A stretch of DNA of 32,000 nucleotides from Promethearchaeota archaeon (GCA_016933055.1 JAFGBS010000022.1:9564-41563), one strand, 5' to 3'. Positions 1 to 9,588 are shown, numbered from the stretch's first letter. The notes: a model not told the origin generated them from the letters alone. Numbers and translations: made by a program.

Positions 1-2167
1 GAAAAACCGTCAGTAACATCCTGCGAATTTTACTTGGATTGTGGACAATAGGATTTACGATCAATTCAGAATCTGGATTTTGATGTAAAAAATATCTTTC
101 AAAATCTGCAGAATCCAATTCTTCCCCCTTTTTTATGCTTTCCACTAAGATTTTAGTGAAAGTTTTTTCGATTTTCGCTTTAGTCATACTATTTTCGGTA
201 ACGAATCGGGAATCAGTCGAGTTTTTTTCCCGTACAAATTCAACTTCAATCGAATCAAGTGTTTTTTTTGATTTTCGTGACACTAATTTTTCTTCTACTA
301 AATCATGCGCATCCTCTTCGGACCACGTTTTAAATTCCTTATCTGAATACGCAGATTTCGGCACAAATTTCTGGTTAATCTCTTCCAATCTACGGTGAAC
401 ATTCTCAAAATCCCGCAGGAACCGACCAAACTGCTGATAACTAAGCATAAAGTCAAAAGGACATTCTTCACCCGAAACGATAATAAACCTGACTTTATCA
501 TACCGTAATCCGCCAGATTTGTTTAAGGATCGCTTTATTCCTTCGTTATTACACATTTTCTGCTTTTCATACGTAGAATTTCTTGCATTAATGTTTCGTT
601 TCAAAATTATTGGTTCAAAATCGGAAAAACTACAAAATAAATGGTTTTTACATTCGATTATGTACAAAACCCTCTTGTATACAAACGCAAGGTCAATTTC
701 TCTCCAGCGGAAGTTTTCCCCCAAATCTAAATCTTTTGTATGCTTTCCTATTATGCACTTCGGAATTTTTATTCCACTAGGCGTCACAAGGGTATTCTGT
801 CGTTTCAGATCTAGATATTCCTTATCTTCACGGGTTTTTTCGGGATCATGGACAATTATTTTCTGAGGAATAATACCAAGTTCTTTAATGATTTTTTCAG
901 CAACCAATTCCTCAAATCCACGACCACGGTTACCCGCGACAATATAGGATTTCATATGAGATGATAGGAAATAGAAAAATGCATCCAACACTTGTACATA
1001 GGAAAAAAATACCTCGGTCCGTGCATTTTTTCCTTTCTGCTGAATTTTAAAAAATGGGTGTTTCCAAAAAACATCATAAGAATTCCTTTTTGGGGAAAAA
1101 GTGTTCAAATCTAATAATAATGAATCTATAAGCTTTTCGGATACAGAATAGCGTTTTAACTTGTTATAAAATTCATAATATCCCTTAGAAATAAAGTTCT
1201 GTCCATAATACTCTTCAAGAATGCATTTAAATGCCTTTATTCCTTCTTCGAGTTCTCCTCTTAAAGGGGAGTTCCCAGGAAAGCATAATGGGAGATTCTC
1301 AGAATAAAATTTTATTATTTCTCGAACAAGTTCTAAAGAAATGATTTTTGGAATAAAATCGGAAATCTCTTTATCATTGTCTGCCGGTATTTTTGCTTCT
1401 CGTAGGTATATACTCAAAAAAGTCTTTAAAAACTTAAGACTACTTTTCTTTGCTTTATAATTAATAGTATTGTCTGCTTGACGCTCATCAAAGGATAGAT
1501 TGGATGGATCTTGAATGGTATCTAACCAATCGGTGTAGTTTACATAAAACTCATCGTTCTCATAAAACATAGGAAATATTTGGGTGATGTCTAGATCGGG
1601 ATTTTTTTCGAAAAACATTCCTATGGCTTTCAGATTGGAGGGATGATAATACCAGTGAAAATTTTCTTTTTTTTGGGGATTCACTTTATGAGCAAATTCA
1701 CGCACTAATTCTCGAATGGGCTGAAAGTGTTCATTTAGTGTTCTTGTTCTTTTAAAAGGATATTTCAGTAATTCTTTCAAGAGAAATAAAGTGGATTGCG
1801 CAACTACAGGGGAGAATAATTCCTCTTTTCGAGAATTAAATTCCTTTATCTGCTCTTCATTACTTAAAATGTGTAATAATGTTCCTTTAATTAGAGCTTC
1901 TTTACAAATTTCTGATATACTGGGAATATTAAGTAAAAACGCATTTAATCTGTCATAATGAATCAAACGACTTCGCGTATATTCATTTAAGAGGAATCGA
2001 ATGGTTTGAATGGTATCATAATTAGTCAACTCATTCCGCTGAGACTCATCAATTTCAGAAAATTGATGTTTGAACACATTATGCACATATTGGAAATCAA
2101 TCTCTCGTGGAACTGCTTCATCTCGCCCCTCAATCTGCTCGGTTTCTGCTTGTATGCCCATTCCCAT
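1..2167 (-). CDS. Large protein (at least 722 aa, 3' end runs off the window) with a PD-(D/E)XK nuclease-like domain
   Basis: Manual minus-strand translation is stop-free from ATG 2167 (alternative ATG 2161) to base 1. It contains GNRGRGFEELVAEKII (~919-890) and REIDLAFVYKRVLYIIECKNH (~703-641). Absent from the ORF track because its stop lies outside the window. Confidence 0.85.
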   Translation of the reverse strand, partial: MGMGIQAETEQIEGRDEAVPREIDFQYVHNVFKHQFSEIDESQRNELTNYDTIQTIRFLLNEYTRSRLIHYDRLNAFLLNIPSISEICKEALIKGTLLHILSNEEQIKEFNSRKEELFSPVVAQSTLFLLKELLKYPFKRTRTLNEHFQPIRELVREFAHKVNPQKKENFHWYYHPSNLKAIGMFFEKNPDLDITQIFPMFYENDEFYVNYTDWLDTIQDPSNLSFDERQADNTINYKAKKSSLKFLKTFLSIYLREAKIPADNDKEISDFIPKIISLELVREIIKFYSENLPLCFPGNSPLRGELEEGIKAFKCILEEYYGQNFISKGYYEFYNKLKRYSVSEKLIDSLLLDLNTFSPKRNSYDVFWKHPFFKIQQKGKNARTEVFFSYVQVLDAFFYFLSSHMKSYIVAGNRGRGFEELVAEKIIKELGIIPQKIIVHDPEKTREDKEYLDLKRQNTLVTPSGIKIPKCIIGKHTKDLDLGENFRWREIDLAFVYKRVLYIIECKNHLFCSFSDFEPIILKRNINARNSTYEKQKMCNNEGIKRSLNKSGGLRYDKVRFIIVSGEECPFDFMLSYQQFGRFLRDFENVHRRLEEINQKFVPKSAYSDKEFKTWSEEDAHDLVEEKLVSRKSKKTLDSIEVEFVREKNSTDSRFVTENSMTKAKIEKTFTKILVESIKKGEELDSADFERYFLHQNPDSELIVNPIVHNPSKIRRMLLTVF

Positions 2168-2480
2168 ACCGATCCATCCCTAGAGATTATCCCTATCCGG
2201 ACTCTTTATTGCACATTTTCCTTCTTTTTTATATATATCTAATCCGGATCTAAAAAATCAATATACGATATCAATGTCGATTGTGAAATTAAATCTAAGT
2301 ATATGTAATATTTCAAGCTTAAAATCAGCAAATATAGGCTCATTGTAAATAATGAGAAAGAACCACCGGATTAGTCGATTGACCTCTGGTTTTTAGATTT
2401 TTTTTTGCACAGACCTTAAATTTTTAAAAATTATTTTCGTCCCGGGCTGTTCTTACGTAATAACTTCAATATGATTTTTT

Positions 2481-2524
2481 TATAGATTAAAAGAATAATC
2501 TATATATTGATAATCTATCTATTG
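2481..2524 (+). promoter_or_regulatory. Candidate operator: inverted repeat overlapping a 15-bp tandem repeat, upstream of the CopD-like gene
   Basis: TATAGATTA (2481-2489) / TAATCTATA (2496-2504) is a perfect 9-bp inverted repeat. ATAATCTATATATTG (2495-2509) and ATAATCTATCTATTG (2510-2524) are tandem copies with one mismatch. The site ends 42 bp before ATG 2567. Confidence 0.45.
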
Positions 2525-2566
2525 ATTAATTAGTAATATAACAATTTATCAGAGATGTAAAAAAAT

Positions 2567-3064
2567 ATGGCTCTATCACCAGTATTTCTACAAACCTTAG
2601 TCAACTTCCTCCACAATGTGTTTACTGCTATGTGGGTTGGGGGGATGTTAACGCTTCTATTTGCTGTAATGCCCTCGATGAGAAAAATCCTTGGTAAATC
2701 CAAAGAATCTCAAGCATTAAATACTCAAATTAAAAAAACACTTAGTGTGTTGACCTATATAAGCATAGTGGGACTGATCATCACTGGATTAATGATGGGT
2801 AAAAAAGCCCAACTTGCGGGGGACTATACAGGATTTTTTAGTTTTGGAACCGAATATTCCACACTTTTAAGCATTAAACACCTGTTATATATTTTGATGG
2901 TCGCTTTAGCGATTTTCCGTAGTGTAATCGTGGATAGACTAAAGAAACCCACTCAAGAGATGAAAATGAAGATTAATATGTATTTGTTAATTTTGAATGT
3001 GATTGCAGGATTAGCTGTTTTGTTGCTCAGTTCGAATATTGCAGTGCTGGCATCTATCCCTTGA
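2567..3064 (+). CDS. CopD/DUF4149-like four-helix membrane protein
   Basis: Four hydrophobic segments; LHNVFTAMWVGGM resembles the H...W.GG motif of CopD-like proteins. Confidence 0.65.
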   Translation: MALSPVFLQTLVNFLHNVFTAMWVGGMLTLLFAVMPSMRKILGKSKESQALNTQIKKTLSVLTYISIVGLIITGLMMGKKAQLAGDYTGFFSFGTEYSTLLSIKHLLYILMVALAIFRSVIVDRLKKPTQEMKMKINMYLLILNVIAGLAVLLLSSNIAVLASIP

Positions 3065-3145
3065 GTTTTCTCAGTTATGTTCCTACAAAAAATTAAACCA
3101 AAATCGTTTTTTTATTTCATTATAAATAATAAACGTGTGAATTCA

Positions 3146-3571
3146 ATGAAGCATCTCCCAGATCAAGAAACGAAATTTACATCAGAAAATACGTCCAATA
3201 CTACCCGAAGATCTTTAACTGATCCACTTTCACCTCTACCTTTGACTAGAGTCATCATTCTCACACTTATATCTAGATTCCCCCATATAACCGGGTATAC
3301 TTTGATGAAAAAGAAAGTTCCCGAAAATTTGCATCCTGATATATCACTGAAAACTGGAACCGTATATTCTGAATTACGACGCCTTGAGCGTTCGGGAAAA
3401 CTGATGTCGGAACAAGATAAAAGTGGAAGAAAAGAAAGGTATTATACAATAACTAATGCCGGTCAAAAAGAATTGGCTCAATTGTCAAAGCAAATTCAGA
3501 ATCGGCGTAATTTTGTGCTTAATCCATTGCTGAAAATAATTTTTGAAGACCTGTTGTCTTCTGATGATTAA
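3146..3571 (+). CDS. PadR-family transcriptional regulator
   Basis: TGYTLMKK...KTGTVYSELRRLERSGKL...GRKERYYTITNAGQKEL is the PadR wHTH signature. Start moved from 3077 to ATG 3146 because the skipped stretch looks like T-rich, TATA-containing intergenic DNA. Confidence 0.85.
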   Translation: MKHLPDQETKFTSENTSNTTRRSLTDPLSPLPLTRVIILTLISRFPHITGYTLMKKKVPENLHPDISLKTGTVYSELRRLERSGKLMSEQDKSGRKERYYTITNAGQKELAQLSKQIQNRRNFVLNPLLKIIFEDLLSSDD

Positions 3572-3592
3572 TTTTGTTACATTAGTTAGGTA

Positions 3593-3997
3593 TTAATCCA
3601 ATAACCTTTTTTGATATTGGAGATCTTGGATCTCTGTAATATTTTGGGAAGCTTCCAAACACCCTAAATACCCTCCCTCTGGGTCCCTCAGAGCATAATA
3701 TTCGATTAAAACTTTCTGTTTTCCCTCTAATCCTTTAATATCGAGATCAATCCAAAATCTTGCTTTATCCCTACTTCCATTTTTCATTTCTTCAATAATT
3801 TTCTCTACTTTATCGACACTCTTTGAAGGGTGACAATTTCGAACATTGCGACCTACCACACCTTTAGGGCGTTTAAAAATTCGAGTTTCATGTTTATTCC
3901 AACCAACTACTTCATCACTAGCATCTATAATGGAGAATTCGATAGGGATTGTTTCAAAAAACGCTTCCAGAATTTCTTTAGGTAATGTTCCGATCAT
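3593..3997 (-). CDS. Stand-alone PAS-domain protein (PAS_10/DUF438-associated type)
   Basis: ETIPIEFSIIDASDEVVGWN...VVGRNVRNCHP...YYALRDPEGGYLGCLEASQNIT matches this PAS subtype. Confidence 0.85.
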   Translation of the reverse strand: MIGTLPKEILEAFFETIPIEFSIIDASDEVVGWNKHETRIFKRPKGVVGRNVRNCHPSKSVDKVEKIIEEMKNGSRDKARFWIDLDIKGLEGKQKVLIEYYALRDPEGGYLGCLEASQNITEIQDLQYQKRLLD

Positions 3998-4054
3998 AAT
4001 ATTATAATTAGGTTAATAGTATTTTAATCTGGTTTAAACCCAACGTGTGATCTG

Positions 4055-4249
4055 TCACTTCATTTTTTTTTGCACTTTTGTAATCATAATTTTACCATCG
4101 TGAAATAATACCCAACGAATTTTATCCCCATTTTGGAATCCAAGTGTATCTACAATTTCTTTTGGAACAGTAGTTCTTCTCCTGCTCTCACGAATCGTTA
4201 TCGTGGTTTCTGTCACATAATCGACATCATTCATATCAATTATTGTCAT
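4055..4249 (-). CDS. AbrB/MazE/SpoVT-family DNA-binding protein
   Basis: RRTTVPKEIVDTLGFQNGDKIRWVL swapped-hairpin motif; 64 aa; no adjacent toxin gene seen. Confidence 0.8.
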   Translation of the reverse strand: MTIIDMNDVDYVTETTITIRESRRRTTVPKEIVDTLGFQNGDKIRWVLFHDGKIMITKVQKKMK

Positions 4250-4482
4250 GGGGTTTTCATGATTTTCACAATTTTAAAAGTTTGGTCTAACACCAAAGGA
4301 TATGGAAAAGAATGTTAGGGTTTCTAAGTCGTGTTGTTATAAGTGTAAGCATTTTCCTATGAAGTTCTCATTTATTGATGCCAGAGGGTATTGATTCTGT
4401 GTATGGTTATTAAGGAATCAAACCAAACTAAAGAAATCAAGGTGCAAGTATCACGATTAACATAACCACGGTATCCCCGATA

Positions 4483-5292
4483 GTGTATTATATTCTCATT
4501 TCGGTCTTAGCATTAATATGTGAATATATAGATTCTGCGATGGGTGGCGGGTATGGTACTATCCTTGTACCGATTCTCCTTGCATTTAACATCGATAGAA
4601 GATTTTTGATTCCAGCAGTATTATTCACTGAAATCTGGACCGGATTGGGTTCAGCACTTCTTCATCATTTTGTTGGAAATGCGGATTTTCATGTTAAGAT
4701 TTTGAATGGGAAAGAAGCGGAACAGAATGGGAAAATTATATTATCGCAAGACTTTAAAATAGCCATAATTCTGGCTGTATGTGGTGTCATAGGGGGGGTT
4801 ATTGCAGCTTATGCTTCTATCAAAATAAATGATGTCATAATGAAAACCTATATCGGAAGTTTAGTTCTACTTATGGGTTTTCTTGTTCTGATAAGATTAA
4901 AGTGGAAGTTTAAATGGTGGAAGATTTATGGAATAGGTTTGATCGCCGCATTCAATAAAGGATTAAGTGGAGGGGGATACGGGCCATTAATTTCTTCTGG
5001 TCAGATTATCGCGGACAGAAATCCACGACAAGCGGTTGCATCTACTTCACTTTCCGAAGCAGTTGTGTGTGCAGTTTCACTCATCATAACTGCTACAATT
5101 CCTGAAAATCAAAGCATAATTTTCACACTTCCATTCCTGCATTTTATTATTGCTCTTCTTATAGGTGCTCTTCTCTCCGTTCCCTTAGCAGTTCTAACTG
5201 TTAAATACATTCCCATTAAAAAAATGCAACCCATAATTGGGATTGTTACTGTGCTACTTGGGATCTTTACAATAATAAAAACCTATATGTAG
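4483..5292 (+). CDS. Sulfite exporter TauE/SafE family membrane protein
   Basis: Duplicated glycine-rich motifs DSAMGGGYGTILVP and GLSGGGYGPL; about 8 TM segments; GTG start. Confidence 0.85.
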   Translation: MYYILISVLALICEYIDSAMGGGYGTILVPILLAFNIDRRFLIPAVLFTEIWTGLGSALLHHFVGNADFHVKILNGKEAEQNGKIILSQDFKIAIILAVCGVIGGVIAAYASIKINDVIMKTYIGSLVLLMGFLVLIRLKWKFKWWKIYGIGLIAAFNKGLSGGGYGPLISSGQIIADRNPRQAVASTSLSEAVVCAVSLIITATIPENQSIIFTLPFLHFIIALLIGALLSVPLAVLTVKYIPIKKMQPIIGIVTVLLGIFTIIKTYM

Positions 5293-5717
5293 TTTTGATT
5301 AAGAAAACGTCATCAATTATGCTAAATCGAATGATAAATGAAGGAGATCATCAAGTATCGGGAATCGGAGTTCATAGTGAAAAATTCCTCCAGTTTTTGA
5401 TCTACTATAAATAATGAATAAATAATTCATTTTCTATAAGAATAGAACTTATAATAGATGTTTGATGTATGTACACAATAGTAACTATCCAAAATATACA
5501 AAATCTTGAAATATTGGTGTTTCAATATATTTCATTCTATTTTAGAATTCTATCTTGGACTAAAGTTCTGAAAACCTACTTTCCATTGAATTATTAGCCA
5601 TATAGAAATGGAATTCCATATGAAATCACTTGAATAGATAAATCACATGTATTTCAATTAATATAATATATTTTTGGATAAAATGCGATAAATATTAAAG
5701 GAGATTATTTAACAAAT

Positions 5718-6095
5718 ATGAATTGTCCAAATTGTGGAGTAAAAGTAAGTCTCCATGCTAGAAATTGTTATTCGTGTGGGTATCTACAACCCCAAACACA
5801 GACTGCAGTCGATCCGCGATCATTTCCTGTAATTTCATTTAACACACAGAATATAATACCGGCAATACCACCGGGGAAAGTCCCTGTATCGGAAAAATCT
5901 AAAACCATAACCATTATACTATGGGCATTTCTCGGAATTTTCGGAGCTCATCATTTCTATGCTGGAAGAATAGGATTGGGATTGTTATATCTGTTCACCA
6001 TAGGAATCCTTGGAGTGGGATGGCTAGTCGATTTTTTTCTGATTCTAACTGATCGATTTAAGGACATATTCGGAAATCGAATTTCACAACCATAA
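5718..6095 (+). CDS. Zinc-ribbon + TM2-domain protein (paralog 1)
   Basis: N-terminal CPNCG...CYSCG; C-terminal KSK...FLGIFGAHHFYAGRIGLGLLYLFT.G..GVGWLVD TM2 motif. Confidence 0.9.
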   Translation: MNCPNCGVKVSLHARNCYSCGYLQPQTQTAVDPRSFPVISFNTQNIIPAIPPGKVPVSEKSKTITIILWAFLGIFGAHHFYAGRIGLGLLYLFTIGILGVGWLVDFFLILTDRFKDIFGNRISQP

Positions 6096-6148
6096 TGGAT
6101 TTTTAATTCTTTATCTAGTTTTTTAAACCATGATGAAAACTAGTTCTC

Positions 6149-6706
6149 ATGGGTGTTAATATGCCTAAAGTGAATCCTGACCTAATACAGTGGTCCATTG
6201 ATTCCGCAAAAAAACCGATGAAATTCGTAGCGATATGGAGGGAACATGGGGGTCCTTTAATCAGTGATCTAGATGCGATATGGGATAAGCTAGGTGATAC
6301 TGGATATATGTGGGCTCGAACCATTTATCTTATCCAACAAATCACAAGCACCCTAGATTTATCAAATCAATTACGGGATAACGCTTGTTATAATGTTCCC
6401 CTATTGGAACGAATGATCTATGGTGGTTTTGTTCATTCTCCGGCTAAAGATGAATCAGAAGAGGATGAACTATTTAATGTTTATAAATTTCTTATTATTG
6501 AACCGCTGACACTCGTTTCCTTGATATGGACTGCCCGATCGATGAATTATGCTATCGAATCCGTGGAAACTCTTGTGGAATACATAGATCTGGAAAATTA
6601 TGAAACTAACGAATCCCTCCACCACCAAGTCGATATTTATCTTAATTACTTGTATTCGTTAGATGCGTTAAATTTTGATGATTCTGATTGGTTAGTGCAA
6701 GATTGA
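6149..6706 (+). CDS. Hypothetical soluble protein (185 aa), possibly longin/uDENN-like fold
   Basis: Uninterrupted ORF with plausible composition; the fold suggestion is inference only (see findings). Confidence 0.7.
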   Translation: MGVNMPKVNPDLIQWSIDSAKKPMKFVAIWREHGGPLISDLDAIWDKLGDTGYMWARTIYLIQQITSTLDLSNQLRDNACYNVPLLERMIYGGFVHSPAKDESEEDELFNVYKFLIIEPLTLVSLIWTARSMNYAIESVETLVEYIDLENYETNESLHHQVDIYLNYLYSLDALNFDDSDWLVQD

Positions 6707-6949
6707 GTTTTTTTATATAGACTAATCTCATTTTAGTACCAAAAGAAGGATTTTCATTAGAAATTGTATCATAACACTTCGTCAGAGCCATTTTTTCAAA
6801 ATTTTATCGAATGTAACTAATAGGTCTGAATATTTATAGATGAACCTAAAATCAAGCAATCTATAAATTCTCAATGAATTTTTTTGAATGTACAAGCTAA
6901 AATGATTAATTCTGGATAAAAATTCGGGGTTTTCTTTAATATACGACAA

Positions 6950-8170
6950 TTAATTCTCCAATTGGTTTAACTGCTCTATTATTTTTGGTAATTGGATGTA
7001 AAAGTCTTCCAAATCAGTGAATTCTTCGTAAAACGAACTGATCTTCGGATATATTCGTTTAATTTCTTCAAAAATTGGATTTTGGGAAAGTCGTAGAGAA
7101 GTCAATTGATGCATTTTAGTAAGACCTTCAATGTCTTCAATTCTATTATTTCGTACTTCTAATGTTGTCAATGCTTTCAAATTCTTAAGAGATGGAATTG
7201 ATTTAATAACATTATTATCCAGATACAATTGCTGAAGACAAGTCAACGAATCTAAGTTTTTAATAAGACGAATTTGATTATCATTGAAAAATAACGCATT
7301 GAGTTTAGTTAAAGAATCTAAATTTCGTATGGATTTGATATTGTTTGCACTAAGATCAAGCCATTTTAGGTTTTTAAGATGGTTTAGGCCCGATATTTTT
7401 TGAATATTATTAAGGGAAAAATTCAATTTTTCTAACTGTGAAAGATCATCTAAGCCGGAAATTATCTTTATTTCATTGAGAGATGCATCTAACTCCATTA
7501 ATTTGGGGCATTGAATAAAATTGACTTCAGAAATTTGATTATTGCTTATGTCTAATTTTTTTAACGCATCCAATGGACCGATTTCAAATCGGTTAACTAT
7601 TCGGTTACTCTTTAGGTTTATCTCTTGAAGTTTCGGTAAATTTTCTATATTCGATATTGTTGTAATCTGGTTATTCTCTAAGTTAAGTATCTTAAGGTTA
7701 CGGAGATCTTTTAAATCGGGAATTCTCTTAATTGCATTGTTTGCAGCATTCAGAATAGAAATGGAAGGGAATTCTTTGACTTTATCTAGATATGTTATTT
7801 TATTGTTTGAAAGATTGAGAACTTGAAGGTTGTTCAATTCTATGATTTTTTCTATCTTACGAATATTATTCCATTGTAAGTTGAGATCGGTTAATTGAGG
7901 TAAATTCTCAATCCCATCCACATTTTCTATCTGATTATCATACAAATTTAATTTTACAAGATTCTCCAACTCTAAGAAACAAGGTAATTTTTGGATCTGA
8001 TTCTGACTCAAATCTAATATTTGGATTTGGTTTAATAGTGATTTATCCAGTTGGAAAAGCGGATTAATATCATATAATTGCGATTTTGAGAGATTTAAAA
8101 AGACGTAATCATCTATTTGTTCAAGAAAATACTCTTTGCCGTCTATTATTACTGAGTTTAATTTACTTAT
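6950..8170 (-). CDS. Leucine-rich repeat protein (SDS22-like, about 22-aa repeats)
   Basis: About 14 LxxLxLxxNxIxxI repeats. The frame stays open from 8185, so the track's TTG start (8011) lies inside a repeat. The start given here (ATA 8170) is inferred. Confidence 0.9.
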   Translation of the reverse strand: MSKLNSVIIDGKEYFLEQIDDYVFLNLSKSQLYDINPLFQLDKSLLNQIQILDLSQNQIQKLPCFLELENLVKLNLYDNQIENVDGIENLPQLTDLNLQWNNIRKIEKIIELNNLQVLNLSNNKITYLDKVKEFPSISILNAANNAIKRIPDLKDLRNLKILNLENNQITTISNIENLPKLQEINLKSNRIVNRFEIGPLDALKKLDISNNQISEVNFIQCPKLMELDASLNEIKIISGLDDLSQLEKLNFSLNNIQKISGLNHLKNLKWLDLSANNIKSIRNLDSLTKLNALFFNDNQIRLIKNLDSLTCLQQLYLDNNVIKSIPSLKNLKALTTLEVRNNRIEDIEGLTKMHQLTSLRLSQNPIFEEIKRIYPKISSFYEEFTDLEDFYIQLPKIIEQLNQLEN

Positions 8171-8346
8171 GATTTTTCCCGCCTTTTAAAATGAATTTGA
8201 ATGAAATTTTAATAACCATCTCTAAGAAGTTACACTTCGCTATTATGAATAAAATAATTAGAATTATTCCTTATTGGTTTAAGATTCAAACGTAATAATA
8301 TCAAAATTTGTGGGTCAATGATTTCAATAATCGTATATCAGATGAT

Positions 8347-9588
8347 TTAATTTGCAATAATATCGTCGTCATGATCAAGATTTTTTGGAAATATCTTCTT
8401 TTTTCTACCTTGCTTTTTTATTTCAATTAAGTCAAGTTCCTTTAATTTCTCGATATGATAAGCAATCGTTTTTCGATTAACTTCTAATTTTTCGGTGATT
8501 TTATTATTCCACATCCCGGGATCTTCATTAATCATTTGTAAAATTCTAAATGTTAATTCGCTTTTTTGAAGCTTTAATTCTATATTCGAAATGGGATTTT
8601 TTTGATAATACGGAAAATATACAAGGAAATGCGCCACACGTTCTTTTTTGATGATTTTATAACTTTCCAATACATCAAGATGCCAGGCTAAATTCCCAGG
8701 AGAGAGACTAGTTTTACGTAATAATTCATTAAAGTGAATTCCTGGTTCATTTAAAACAAGATCTATGATTTTATCTCGATTTTCATTTTCTAAAACTTCT
8801 TCTAAAGATAAATTATGTTGAGTTGATAATCCGGGGAGTAACCAATTTTTCAGTTCTCGAATATATTCTTCCTTTGAGATTACAAGGCTTATTGTAATTA
8901 CAATCAGAATAAGAACACTCGTAATTACTATTAATACCCATAAGGAAACGGGACCCGGTGGAGGAGAGGATTGAAATTCAACATTATATATGGTGATAAA
9001 ATAATCCTCGTTAGCTTTAAGACCCAAAACTTCGCCCTTGATGGTCCTCGTTACATTATTCCCTTGGTCTTCAGTTGGAATGATTTGCCATGCACTAAAT
9101 TCAGATTTACAATAAGCAATTGAGTAATTCTTTTCAGGATCTATACCCAGTAGAGAACTTTTTTGGAAAATTAAGGATAGATTATCAATTGTATTATTAC
9201 TAACAATATGTAGCACACTGTAATAATTCGGAATGAAAGTGAGGTTTTCAATTTGGGGATCTTTAGGAATATTCGATAAAAACTCTCCTATATCGATGCT
9301 AAATGATATATTAATTTCAATTGGATCAGAATCATTAATAATCATAGAAATTTGCCGATCAAGAATGGGAGAGAAATGTTGTATGCTAAAATTCACACTG
9401 GTGTTTGCAGTTAAACTGAACTCCTTGTTGAAATTCACGAAATCTAAGTAAATCGACTCGTATGGTTCAATATATCCGACATATTTATTTCCAAAGATAT
9501 CTATCGCTATAGTTTCATGAATTGTACAACTCAACAAAATAAAAAGAAATACACCAACCACAGCGAATGAACTTTTCTTTTTTAACAT
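8347..9588 (-). CDS. Membrane-anchored regulator: signal peptide, extracellular domain, one TM helix, two winged HTH domains
   Basis: Hydrophobic N-terminus; TM LWVLIVITSVLILIVITISLVI; ENENRDKIIDLVLNEPGIHFNELLRKT and ILQMINEDPGMWNNKITEKL...IAYHIEKL are HTH repeats of the archaeal double-HTH type. Confidence 0.85.
   Translation of the reverse strand: MLKKKSSFAVVGVFLFILLSCTIHETIAIDIFGNKYVGYIEPYESIYLDFVNFNKEFSLTANTSVNFSIQHFSPILDRQISMIINDSDPIEINISFSIDIGEFLSNIPKDPQIENLTFIPNYYSVLHIVSNNTIDNLSLIFQKSSLLGIDPEKNYSIAYCKSEFSAWQIIPTEDQGNNVTRTIKGEVLGLKANEDYFITIYNVEFQSSPPPGPVSLWVLIVITSVLILIVITISLVISKEEYIRELKNWLLPGLSTQHNLSLEEVLENENRDKIIDLVLNEPGIHFNELLRKTSLSPGNLAWHLDVLESYKIIKKERVAHFLVYFPYYQKNPISNIELKLQKSELTFRILQMINEDPGMWNNKITEKLEVNRKTIAYHIEKLKELDLIEIKKQGRKKKIFPKNLDHDDDIIAN

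Noticed and set aside
135-2242. Track ORFs 135-398, 298-501, 519-866 and 2006-2242
   Set aside because: All overlap the long open minus-strand frame 1-2167, which has recognisable motifs; they are shadow ORFs.
3062-3145. CopD-like ORF and PadR ORF are in the same frame, separated by one TGA (possible Sec or readthrough fusion)
   Set aside because: The linker is T-rich and TATA-like, the TGA is not in a redox-motif context, and in-frame neighbours occur by chance one time in three.
4055-4318. AbrB gene as antitoxin of a toxin-antitoxin pair; track ORF 4133-4318
   Set aside because: No PIN/MazF-type toxin is adjacent, and 4133-4318 is an antisense overlap without motifs.
5608-5619. Perfect palindrome ATGGAATTCCAT in the 5293-5717 intergenic gap
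   Set aside because: Single occurrence in very AT-rich DNA with no supporting context.
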